Origin: Candidatus Kapaibacterium sp.
Lineage (GTDB): Bacteria; Bacteroidota; Ignavibacteria; Kapaibacteriales; UBA2268
Assembly (NCBI GenBank): GCA_963678775.2
Contig: CAXXGR010000004.1
Coordinates: 136,747 to 200,746, forward strand
DNA: 64,000 nucleotides
Direction: 5' to 3'
The notes beneath the pieces were generated by a model, which was not told the DNA's origin, did not search any database, and saw only the letters and a list, made by a program, of their open reading frames with translations. Positions 30,685-41,500 of the stretch are shown piece after piece. The position numbers and the translations under genes are program-made. Each line of letters starts with the position of its first letter. Positions within the stretch are counted from its first letter, which is position 1.

Positions 30685-32037
30685 TTAAGGAATAATTCTA
30701 TGAATCATGCGTGGCATAGGAATAACCTCTCTGATGTGCTTAGCTCCTGTTATCCATTTTACTACGCGCTCCAATCCAAGACCAAAACCTGAGTGAGGAA
30801 CAGAACCATATCTACGCAAATCCAAATACCATTTGTACTCTTCTTCTGACAGTTCATGATGTTTGATTCTTTCTAAAAGTAAATCCACACTATCTTCTCT
30901 CTGGCTTCCGCCAATTATTTCACCGGCTTTCTCAGGAGCAAGCATATCCATTGCTAATACTACTTTATCATTTGCAGGGTCACGCTTCATGTAAAACGCT
31001 TTAACATCCGATGGGTACCTATGAATGATACATGGCTTGTCAAACTGCTCCATAATTGCTTCTTCCTGTGGAGTACCTAAATCTTCACCCCAAGGGAATT
31101 TTTCTTCCACATCCTGTCCGTCTATTTTACGTATAATTGGAATATCATTTTGCTGCAACCAGTCTACCGCATCATCATAGCTCATGCGGTTAAATGGACG
31201 AACAACTTTTTCCAATTTTGTAATATCTCTTTCTAAATCTATAAGCTCACGTTGACAAGTTTTTACAGCATATCGAACGATATATTCAACTAAATCTTCA
31301 GCCAAATCCATGTCATCATTCAAATCAAAGAATGCCATTTCCGGTTCGACCATCCAAAATTCAGTAAGGTGTTTTCTTGTTTTAGATTGCTCTGCACGGA
31401 AGGTCGGGCCAAAAGTATATATTTTGCCAAGCGCCATAGCAGATGCTTCTGCATAAAGCTGACCTGACTGAGAAAGATACGCATTACCCAAATCAAAGTA
31501 TTTTGTTTCAAATAAAGTAGAAGTACCTTCACATGCGTTAGGAGTCAAAATAGGAGAATCCATCAGCTTGAAACCATTACCATCAAAGAAGTCGCGAATT
31601 GCTTTCACTACAGCAGCTCTCACTCTCATGATAGCGTGCTGGCGTTTAGAACGCAACCATAAATGGCGGTGCTCTATCAAGAACGAATCTCCGTGCTCCT
31701 TAGGGGTAATTGGGTACTCTTCCGCAATCTGAAATACTTTCAAATCTTCCACATCCACTTCAAAACCGCCAGGTGCTTTTTCATTAGCTACAACTTTACC
31801 TGTCACCTCGAAAGAAGACTCTTGAGTTAAAGCTTTAGCATCAGCAAACTTTTCCTCGCCCAGATTTGGTTTAAAAGCAACGCACTGAGCAATGCCTGTA
31901 CCATCACGCATTAATAAAAACTGTAATTTCCCTTTGCCTGTTTTGTTATATAGCCAGCCTCGCAAAGTTACTACTTCACCTTCGTACTTATAAAGGTCTT
32001 CTATATACTTAAACGATTTATATCTTGAATCAGCCAT
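30685..32037 (-). CDS. asnS: Asparagine--tRNA ligase
   Basis: OB-fold anticodon domain, RHLWLRS, YLSQSGQLY, FRAEQSKTRKHLTEFWMVEPE, GEIIGGSQRE, GFGLGLER. Confidence 0.95.
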   Translation of the reverse strand: MADSRYKSFKYIEDLYKYEGEVVTLRGWLYNKTGKGKLQFLLMRDGTGIAQCVAFKPNLGEEKFADAKALTQESSFEVTGKVVANEKAPGGFEVDVEDLKVFQIAEEYPITPKEHGDSFLIEHRHLWLRSKRQHAIMRVRAAVVKAIRDFFDGNGFKLMDSPILTPNACEGTSTLFETKYFDLGNAYLSQSGQLYAEASAMALGKIYTFGPTFRAEQSKTRKHLTEFWMVEPEMAFFDLNDDMDLAEDLVEYIVRYAVKTCQRELIDLERDITKLEKVVRPFNRMSYDDAVDWLQQNDIPIIRKIDGQDVEEKFPWGEDLGTPQEEAIMEQFDKPCIIHRYPSDVKAFYMKRDPANDKVVLAMDMLAPEKAGEIIGGSQREDSVDLLLERIKHHELSEEEYKWYLDLRRYGSVPHSGFGLGLERVVKWITGAKHIREVIPMPRMIHRIIP

Positions 32038-32242
32038 GATAAAACCTGTATATTTATAAATTATAAATAGCAATATCCTAATTAGCAAAGATACAACATT
32101 TTAGTTAGAAATGATAATGTGGAATTGTTTATACTTTACTAATATAATCAAGCACCACTATCTGAGCTATCAATAGTTACTTCATACTTTAAAATGCAAA
32201 ATACATTTGTGAGGTATCATTCCCACATCTCACACTTTACGC

Positions 32243-32275
32243 AAAAAAAAAGCCCGGCACTTTCATGCCGAGCTT
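32243..32275 (-). terminator. Terminator of giant secreted gene A
   Basis: A9-GCCCGGCA-CTTTCA-TGCCGAGC. Confidence 0.8.
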
Positions 32276-32298
32276 GATGTAAATCTATTTTAGATAGA

Positions 32299-35200
32299 TT
32301 ATTTTACTACGCGTACGTTACGTGTGATTACCACACCGTCTTGCTCGATTACCAATGTGTAGCTTCCGCTTGTCAAGTTTGATGCATCGATTACGATTTC
32401 GTTGCCCTCAAAGCTGCCATTTGCATATTCTACTACTTTGCGTCCGCTCATGTCGCTTAAGTATATGTTTGCTGTTACTGCACCATTTACTTTTACTTTA
32501 GATGTTGAGCTTACAGGATTTGGTAATACTTCGCTTACTGTTAGACCATTTGGTGAGTCGATTTCAACTTCTTCGATTTGGCTATATTCGAATTTACCGT
32601 CGCGATCAATCATTTTTAGTCTGTATGCATATTTTTTACCAAATTCTACGCCATAATCGGCTGTGTTGTAGTTACGTGTTGAGTGACTTGTGCCACTTGC
32701 GGCTACTTCACTTATTTTGCTAAACAAGTCTGCATAGCCATCTGTTACTTCTGTTCTTTCTACGTCAAATCTGTCACTTGAGATTTCTGACAATGTTGAC
32801 CAGTTTAAGTCTACACGGTTGCCTACTGCTGATGCATCAAATGTTGCCAATTCGATTGGAATTATGATGCCGCCATTGGCTTCTGCGAAGTCAAATACAC
32901 TTCTTAACATTGTTTCGATATCTGCTATATGGCGCCAGTCTGCACCTAAGTAACATACGTTTGTTCCGATTGTTGATGTTGCTACGCCCATTACTTTATC
33001 TTCCGGAAGCAATGTACCTGTGCCACTTAGTTCATTTGTGTAGTAGTAAGCTAATTTTGCATTACCTTCGCCACCGTCCCAAATGTCTACTAATGCTGGA
33101 TTTGGTGCTGCATCACCCATAAAGCCGGTTGGTGCAATTGTGTTTGTCAAGTTACGACCTACTGCACTTCCTGTTACTTTTGTATAATCTATCACTTCTG
33201 GATCTGCTTTAATATGGTCTGTTGCACGGAACAAGTCTCTTGCTATCATACCATTATTGCGAATCATTTCCTGTGATGCTAGTATCATGTTTTTCTTATC
33301 TGTTGACATGCCGTTTGCGAAGTAATTTTCGATATCCAATTCTTCGTAACGTGACAATTTAACGTCTGCATCGTCCATTTGATCATGTGCATCTGACCAT
33401 ACTACTGTGCGATAATGTCCGTAATCTACGGCTCTTGCTTCCCAGTTGTTTCTGTCAAATACGTCATAATCTATCGTATCGTTTACTATAGTTGTTGCAT
33501 TCGGATTGATTGCTACATGCCAGCCTACAAAACCTAAACCTTCTACTACGCGGTCATGATTTAATTTACCTGCGATTTCGGTTTCTGTTGGGTTGTTGCT
33601 CAAATCTGCATTTACATATTCACTGCTGATTAGCATATCCATCCATGAACGGCGAACAAAGAATCTTACGATTTTTGATGTTTCGTTGTTTGTATTGTCT
33701 TCGTCATTTTCTGTGATTACTACGATTTTGTAGCGTGGTGTTACGTTTGCTGTCATTTCTGAATATACTTCAGGTACTGACATTGCATACATTGGATTTA
33801 ATCTCAAGTCTGCATATGTTTCAGGTTCAAATTCTAAACCTTTACCGTCGGCTAACATAAAGTTTACGTCTACATATTCGTCTGATGTTGCATCTACTTT
33901 TACCATTTGTTCGTAATCCGGTGCTGCACCGAATGTACCTGTTGGTAATTCGCGGTAGATTTCTACTCTTACTTCTGTACCTGTTTGGAACAAGCTACCA
34001 TTGTTACGCAATCTTGCTTTTACTTCTACAGGAGCTTCTGTCATTATATGTTCTGCATCTGCAAACGTACCTTCTGTTGAGCGGTATGATGCTGGTGCTG
34101 TAATTGTTGTAGATTCCATGTCACTTACGTATACGCGTCCGCCAAATTCTAAGGCACCGATGTCATATCTTTGACCTGCTGAGCCTCTTACTTTACCTGT
34201 GATATCACTTGTTGTTTCGTCCATGATATCGCCACGGTTATTCAAGACTGAATTTAATGGCATTGGGTTTGATTTTACGCGTAAGTTTTGTGGGTTTGTT
34301 CCTACAAATTCATAATCTGACATGAATTTAGAGTATACTGAATATTTATCTGTTTTACTCCACACTTGCCATTGTGGCAATGTTTTGTATTCATTGATTG
34401 CTGCCTCTGACAATTTATTGCCGTTTGCATCTGTTTCTATCCAGCGGTATACTGATGATTCTGAATTTTCTGTCCAGTATACGTTTCTGTCTGATGTAAT
34501 GCCTGCTTCCATCATTGATGGACCTTCGTAGAATACACATGCTGAAACAGGGCATGTTTCTGCATATTCGTTATCCATTGTTGCGATTGCATTGTTTTTA
34601 AGGATAGTTCCGGTTACGTTTTGAAGACCTACGCCCATTACTGCGCGTGTGTTCATTACGCCATCATCGCCGTTTACAATGATTGTATTATTAGCAATTA
34701 CGTCATTTCTTGAGCTATACTCACTTATAAAAGGTACATCAAAGCTGCTTCTTTGTGTAAACACATAGATACCTGCTCTTGCTGTATTTGCATCATTCGG
34801 CAACAATTCCCATACGATGTTACCTGCGATAACCATTGATTCAGGATTTATTGGGAATGTTGTTAAGATTGAACCTTCTACTAATTGTTGTGGTGATTGC
34901 TCTACACGAATACCACTTACCATTCCACTGCCGCTTATGCTGCTGATTTCGTTGTTCATGATGTTTACCATGCGGTTGTTATAACCGAAGTAACCACGTG
35001 CTGACTGACCACCGGCCATTATACCTGCTGCGTCAAGACCTAAACATCCGCCTTCGATATCATAAATTCTATTGCCGGCTATGTTTGAGTTTGCTTCATG
35101 TCCTACAAATACACCTGCACGGCCTACATTGTGGATTACGTTATTTTTAATTTCATTATCTGTATTGTAAAATTCTTCATTATGACCAGTACCTTGTACT

Positions 35201-37896
35201 AATAACTGGCCAATACCCATTGATGCTACACCATAAGCAAAACCACTGATTTCATTATTCATGATTACGTTGTTTGCATTTACTAATGTATCCAACTGAT
35301 CTGTGTTTGCTTGGAATTTTGCATTAATAGGAACTGTTGAACGCATTACTACGCCGGCAGTATAAGTCAATGTATTTGAACGTTTGTTTGCTTCATATTT
35401 AAATCCACCTTGAGCAGATGAATAAACTGTCAATGGCAATGAACATTTGTAAGATCCTGCATCTGTTCCTTCAATAATACAATTTTTGATTGTATTGTTT
35501 GAAGCACCATTACCTAAGTAGAATACACTTTTGAAAGGCTCGTCAGTATCCAAGTTAAACTTGAATGATTTCTGAGATCCACCATCAAAAATCAAGTACC
35601 CTCTAGAGTTTGAGTAAAAACGTTTAGCATCGTCACGGTTAGGATCATTACTCATTAGATGAACCACTGCATTTGGCTGAGATGGTTCAACGTTTTGAGC
35701 TATATAGATACCAATACCGTTACCACTACGCAAGTTGATATTCACAGAACCTTTGGTAACTGCTTTACTTTGAGAAGGTTTAAAGGTAATAGTATTTTCA
35801 GCACTTGCGCCGATAATAGTAGATGATAAATCTAAAGAAGGTAAATCTGAATTAGACTTGCTTCCTATGTTGTAAACTTGATCTGTAAGTTCAAATTCTA
35901 CCGGGCCACTAACACCTTTTGTATATAAGTCATTTACTGCATCTTCGAAAGTAGAATAATTTCTTGTTCCAGATACAGTGTTACCTATAGTATAAGTACC
36001 AGACATTGCATCAATAGCAGTAAAATATGAAACCATGCTATTGTTAGAGAGGTCTTTATCACCGGTATGAGTACATAATACTGTTATTTTATATTGACCC
36101 GGCTCTGTTATAGTTAGCGATTCAGGGAATGGGAATGAATTAGTATTATATTTACCGAACTGAAGTTCAGGTACTAAAGTTGAAGATTGATAAACAATGT
36201 TTGTACTTGGCATTGGCCCAGTAATTGTCATCGATGCGTTAACATTAGTTAAATCTAATACACCGTTATTAATAAATGTAGCTCTGGTTTTAACAGGTCT
36301 ATCTACATAAATACTACCAACCGGAGCATTAATTGAATAAACTGCAGGTTCATTATTATAAGCTACTTCAAACACCAAATCACTTTGGCTGGTATTTGGC
36401 ACAATATTGTTGCTTGGTTCATCATCAATGATATTTTTTTGAACCACAGAATATTCAACTCTATAATCACCAACTTGTACTAAAGGTCTTTGAGTTCTAA
36501 ATGGTGAAAAGTCTACACTATAATAATCGCCTGTACTCATCGGATTATTAGGATTTGACCAGCTGAATTGATCTTCGTATACTAAAGTACCTGTATCATT
36601 TCTGTATACTTTAACTGTAGCATCAAAAGAACTAACATCATTCAAACCAATATTTGTTACTCTTATATCTAAAGGTACTACATTATCAATCAAATATTTG
36701 ATTCTTGTTTTTGGTTTAGGATTACCAACTGTAGTTATAGATAAATCGTTTTCTAGAGCAATGATAAATTTCTGCTGTATCGTTTCTTCATAATTATCTT
36801 CGTCAGGAACAATCAACTTAGCTATTGCAATATATTCTCCACCTGGGATATTAGCAGCATTAGTAAGTAAGTCAAACTCACCTGTGTTATCCGCATCATC
36901 TGGGCTTGCAGGATTCATCTTTGCTGCAACACCTGAAGCGTGAGTAAATGTATAAACCACATCCTCTCCCTCAGGTTGAGGATTAGGATTAATAGTTGTA
37001 GTGTTAATATCACCTTCTTTAGAAGCTATATAGATTGGCACTTGTGTTTTCAAGTCTATAATTTGATATTCTAATCTAATAGAAGGTTGAGTTGCTTCTC
37101 TTGATAGAGTTACACTAGGAGCAGGAAATACTGAGCCACGTGCAAATATATGACCTGCAAGAGGAGTTATTGAAGTAAGTGATGGCAAAGGTTTTTTCAT
37201 TGAATAAGTTTTGCCACTTGGTAAGAACGGTGCAACTGTAGTAGTTAATAAACGACCGGTATTGGGAGTGACATTACTATAATAAAATGTACTTGGACTT
37301 CCCGGTTCTATATTTATATAATTCGCAGTAGTAGCACCTGTCATAAAGGCAATAGAATTGTTACTTCCAACTGCAACGTTATTCATTCCACTTCCATAAA
37401 CAAAAGATACTTCTCCATCTTCATTTATTTTAACCTGGAAGTTCATATTTGGAGTAGCATTTCCAAAATAAACCATACCTTTCCACTGTACAGTAATGAT
37501 ACGATTTGGAGCAGTACCTTCTACTGTCCAGCTTACATTACCAGCATTTGTAGCGTTATTTGACATTAAGTCTTCGTTACATGCTGTAACTACCATTGCG
37601 GAAGAAGTAGGCGTCATGCTTAAACTTCCCAAAGTCGTATTGTTGAAAGCCAACCATCCATTGTCAGATGCACGCAGCGTTGTTACTGCTACATCATCAA
37701 ACAGAAAAGTAAAGGGAGAATTGAAATTATATTCGTTATCATCCCCTGAGCCTAATACTGTACCACTTATAGGCACATAAGAACCATTACTTTCGTTGAT
37801 CACTTTAGTTAATAAAGGATCAGCTTTGAGACTTTCTACGCTCCCTATAATTACAAACAATGCAATCATAGAAACAAGAAATTTTTTGAGTGACAT
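32299..37896 (-). CDS. Giant T9SS-secreted surface protein A (Ig/CARDB-like domains, beta-helix repeats, choice-of-anchor-like DIGALEF, PIEL/FN3-like, T9SS CTD)
   Basis: Signal peptide; NDLSI...D.NN Ig-like repeats; N.I.NN.I repeats; RGSAGQRYDIGALEF; IPIELATF..NWST.SE; PNPV...SGSYTL CTD. Confidence 0.8.
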   Translation of the reverse strand: MSLKKFLVSMIALFVIIGSVESLKADPLLTKVINESNGSYVPISGTVLGSGDDNEYNFNSPFTFLFDDVAVTTLRASDNGWLAFNNTTLGSLSMTPTSSAMVVTACNEDLMSNNATNAGNVSWTVEGTAPNRIITVQWKGMVYFGNATPNMNFQVKINEDGEVSFVYGSGMNNVAVGSNNSIAFMTGATTANYINIEPGSPSTFYYSNVTPNTGRLLTTTVAPFLPSGKTYSMKKPLPSLTSITPLAGHIFARGSVFPAPSVTLSREATQPSIRLEYQIIDLKTQVPIYIASKEGDINTTTINPNPQPEGEDVVYTFTHASGVAAKMNPASPDDADNTGEFDLLTNAANIPGGEYIAIAKLIVPDEDNYEETIQQKFIIALENDLSITTVGNPKPKTRIKYLIDNVVPLDIRVTNIGLNDVSSFDATVKVYRNDTGTLVYEDQFSWSNPNNPMSTGDYYSVDFSPFRTQRPLVQVGDYRVEYSVVQKNIIDDEPSNNIVPNTSQSDLVFEVAYNNEPAVYSINAPVGSIYVDRPVKTRATFINNGVLDLTNVNASMTITGPMPSTNIVYQSSTLVPELQFGKYNTNSFPFPESLTITEPGQYKITVLCTHTGDKDLSNNSMVSYFTAIDAMSGTYTIGNTVSGTRNYSTFEDAVNDLYTKGVSGPVEFELTDQVYNIGSKSNSDLPSLDLSSTIIGASAENTITFKPSQSKAVTKGSVNINLRSGNGIGIYIAQNVEPSQPNAVVHLMSNDPNRDDAKRFYSNSRGYLIFDGGSQKSFKFNLDTDEPFKSVFYLGNGASNNTIKNCIIEGTDAGSYKCSLPLTVYSSAQGGFKYEANKRSNTLTYTAGVVMRSTVPINAKFQANTDQLDTLVNANNVIMNNEISGFAYGVASMGIGQLLVQGTGHNEEFYNTDNEIKNNVIHNVGRAGVFVGHEANSNIAGNRIYDIEGGCLGLDAAGIMAGGQSARGYFGYNNRMVNIMNNEISSISGSGMVSGIRVEQSPQQLVEGSILTTFPINPESMVIAGNIVWELLPNDANTARAGIYVFTQRSSFDVPFISEYSSRNDVIANNTIIVNGDDGVMNTRAVMGVGLQNVTGTILKNNAIATMDNEYAETCPVSACVFYEGPSMMEAGITSDRNVYWTENSESSVYRWIETDANGNKLSEAAINEYKTLPQWQVWSKTDKYSVYSKFMSDYEFVGTNPQNLRVKSNPMPLNSVLNNRGDIMDETTSDITGKVRGSAGQRYDIGALEFGGRVYVSDMESTTITAPASYRSTEGTFADAEHIMTEAPVEVKARLRNNGSLFQTGTEVRVEIYRELPTGTFGAAPDYEQMVKVDATSDEYVDVNFMLADGKGLEFEPETYADLRLNPMYAMSVPEVYSEMTANVTPRYKIVVITENDEDNTNNETSKIVRFFVRRSWMDMLISSEYVNADLSNNPTETEIAGKLNHDRVVEGLGFVGWHVAINPNATTIVNDTIDYDVFDRNNWEARAVDYGHYRTVVWSDAHDQMDDADVKLSRYEELDIENYFANGMSTDKKNMILASQEMIRNNGMIARDLFRATDHIKADPEVIDYTKVTGSAVGRNLTNTIAPTGFMGDAAPNPALVDIWDGGEGNAKLAYYYTNELSGTGTLLPEDKVMGVATSTIGTNVCYLGADWRHIADIETMLRSVFDFAEANGGIIIPIELATFDASAVGNRVDLNWSTLSEISSDRFDVERTEVTDGYADLFSKISEVAASGTSHSTRNYNTADYGVEFGKKYAYRLKMIDRDGKFEYSQIEEVEIDSPNGLTVSEVLPNPVSSTSKVKVNGAVTANIYLSDMSGRKVVEYANGSFEGNEIVIDASNLTSGSYTLVIEQDGVVITRNVRVVK

Positions 37897-38503
37897 ACTA
37901 TTGTCCCCGCATATATTTTAAAAAATTGTTATTAAATAGCATATTGAAATTGATAATTTATCTTTAGAAGCTCATTGGTCTTATTTAGTTCAATATTTTT
38001 TGAGTATTAACCTGTTATTTTTATCTATTTTAGCCTCTGACTATGTAAGTTTTATTTATATATGGCATTACACTGCATTTTATTATACTTATCTTAAATA
38101 TTAATACTTTTAATTACTCAATATAACATTTACGACTGTATAGAGAACAATATTTTTTGCAAAATGTTACATTTAATGTCAATATTATTTTATTTAGACT
38201 CTGCCCAACTTACCTTATATTCCCTTATATATCAATGATATAACTATAGTTTTACTACTTTATTATTTTTATTTTATCTTTGCCGTTGGTTTATTTTTCA
38301 CTATTCTCTATTTTCTGAATCCATTCTGCTTTGATTTTATATTTGACGATTTTATAGATTGTAGTAAGCTTTAAAGTTATTCTTTTGGGCAATGATTATC
38401 CTATAATCACTATGCAAATCTATTTTTTTTTAGCCACTTCAGACTCTTTAATCATTTTTTTGAAGTTTGATCGTAGTGATTCGATTATACTTGATTTTAA
38501 TAC

Positions 38504-38539
38504 AAAAAGCCCTATAACTTTTGAGAAGTTATAGGGCTT
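38504..38539 (-). terminator. Terminator of giant secreted gene B
   Basis: AAAAAGCCCTATAACTT-TTGAG-AAGTTATAGGGCTT. Confidence 0.8.
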
Positions 38540-38565
38540 GATTTATGTACTATTGTTCAAATATA

Positions 38566-41500
38566 TTATTTTACAATTTTGACTGTAATTGTTCTTACAA
38601 TATTGTTTGAATTTAGAACTAACGTGTAGTTACCGGACGCAATGTCTGCAGCATTCAACTTGATGATATGACTGCCGGCACTTAAGTTACCTGTAAATAC
38701 ATTAGCTACTACTTTGCCACTCATGTCAACTAAATACATTTCTACATTAGCGGACTCATAGACAGATACTGATACATTTGCATCTGTAACTACAGGATTT
38801 GGAGTAACTCCTTTGATTGTCAAAGAGTTTGCTCCTTCCAATATTACATATTCAGTATTGCTATATTCGAATTTACCATCGCGATCTATCATTTTCAATC
38901 TATATGCGTAAGTATTTCCGAATGATACATTGTAGTCAACTGCGTTATAATCAAGTACTTTACCTGATTTACCTGCTGCATTTACTGATTCTATTCTTCC
39001 GAATAAACCATCGAAGCCATTATTTGCAGTAGTTCTTTCGATTTCAAATCTGTCACTGTTCAATTCACTTGCAGTTGCCCAGTTTAAGACTACTTTGTTA
39101 TCTACTACATTCGCATCAAAGTTCACTAATTCTACCGGAATTATTGTTCCACCATTAGATTCAGCAAAGTCAAACAATGAACGCAATACTTTTTCAATAT
39201 CTGCAAAATGTCTCCAATCACTACCAAGTAGGATTCTGTTTGCTTTTGGAGATACTGTACCAACAGTGTGGATTTTTTCTGATTCAGGCAAATTAGCATT
39301 TCCTGATGTCACATTTGTGTAGTAGAAACCTAACTTAGCAACACCTTCTATATCCTGAGTCATAGTCATTAACGCAGGTTGTGGTGCAGCATCACCTGTA
39401 AAGTTAGTTGCAGTAATAAAGTGTACTAAGTTACGACCTATACTCATGCCTGATACATTAGAGTAATCTATGATGTCAGGAGTTGCTACCGGTCTGTTAT
39501 ATGCAGCAAATACTTTTTGTGAAAAGCCTGTTTCTTCATTTCTCAATAACTCTTGAGATGCAAAGATTAGATTTTTCTTAACACTGATTGTACCTGCAGC
39601 GATATAATCATTCAAATCCATTTCCTGGAATCTGGTTAAAGTGTTTGCCACTTCACTTCCTTCTACTGTTTTAGTATCATTTGCGTCTGACCAGATTACT
39701 GAATTATATGGAGAATATTCAATAGCTCTTGGTTCCCAGCTGTTTCTATCTAAAACATCATAATCAAATCTGTCATTTTCAATATCTGTAGCTGTAGGAT
39801 CTATTTCAACATCCCAGCCTAACAAATTCAAACCTTCGATAAGTTTGCTATGATTTAAAGCAGAAGCAATAACATCTTGAGTTGGATTATTATTTAAATC
39901 AGCATTTACATTTTCTGATGTCACCAACAATCTCAACCAAGAACGGCGGATGAAATAACGAACGTTTTTAGAAACGATATTGTTATAGTTGTCTTCGTCA
40001 TTTTCCACAGATACTTCTATTTTGTATCTTGGTGTCACATTTGCTGTCATATTTACAAATTTGCTTGGAACAGATGCTGCATAGCTTGAATTTAATCTTA
40101 AATCGCTGTATGTTTTTGGCTCAAATTTACCATTTAAATCAAACACTACATCTGTACTTTCATTTGTTGTTACATCAAATGATACTGTTTCTACATACTC
40201 TGGAGCTACTGCAAAGTCACCATTTGGCAACTCTCTGTAGATTGATAAATTTGCTTTTGTACCTTGTTGCATCAATGAACCATTATTGCGAACTCTTACT
40301 TTCACAGACAAAGGAAGAGATGTCATTATATATTCAGCATCCCCAAATTCAGTTCCATCATTAGCTTTAAAAGCAGCAGGCTCTAAAATTGTTGTGCTTT
40401 CTACATCACTTACATAAGATCTGCCATTAAATTCTAAAGCACCGATGTCATATCTTTGGCCGGCTTCACCACGTGCATTGCCAAGCAAGTCAGTAGTGTT
40501 TAACTCAACTCTATCACCTCTGTTATTCAATACCGAATTAAGTGGTAATGGATTTGATTTTACTCTTAATGATTGAGGAGCTGCACCTACAAATTCGTAA
40601 GCAGTCATAAAGTTTGATTCAACAGAGTTCATATCCTGTCCGGACCACACCATCCAATTGTTAAGTGTGTTATATTCTGTAGTATGTCCCATATTTAAGA
40701 TAGCATTAGCTTCATCTGTTTCAACCATTCTTGCAATAGTTGAAGCTGAATTATTAGTCCAAAATACGTTTCTGTCAGAAACAACATTCTGGTTTTTAAC
40801 ATCTCCATTTTGCAAGTACAGAGCTGCAGAAGCTAAACAACTTTCTGAAAATTCATTATCCATCACAGCAATAGCATTATTTTTGATTACTGCATTTCTG
40901 TTATCCTGCAAAGCCAAACCAATTACAGAACCTGAATTTACAACGCCATCATCGCCATTTACTACGATTGTATTGTTTACTACATTAGTATTTCTAACAA
41001 CATAGTCAGGTTGGAAAGCTTGCATAGATGAAGTTTGGAAGTTACCCTTTGTAGCTCTTTGTGAGAACACAGCAACACCAACTCTAGTTGTGTAAGTTTC
41101 CTGAGCATTTAACTGCCAGATACTGTTATTTGCAATTAAAACATTATCGTCTGCTTTAGGATATAAAGAAAAGGCATTATTTTCAATTACAATTGAAGGA
41201 GATTGGTCAACTTTAATACCATAGATTTCATTAGCATTAGTCAAATTGCTAATTTCATTACCTAAGATTTTGAGACCAACTGTGTTATAACCAAACATAT
41301 CTCTGTCAGCTTCACCGCCGGCAACGATACCGCAAGCTGATGCTACTAAAGTGCCCTGCACGTCGTAAATTCTATTATGACGAATTTCAGAACCTTCTTC
41401 AAAGCCAACAAATACACCTGCATGCCCAACATTGCTGATTGAGTTAGATTCGTATACGTTATTTGCGTTATAGAACATTGTATTTTTATTTACTCTGCCT

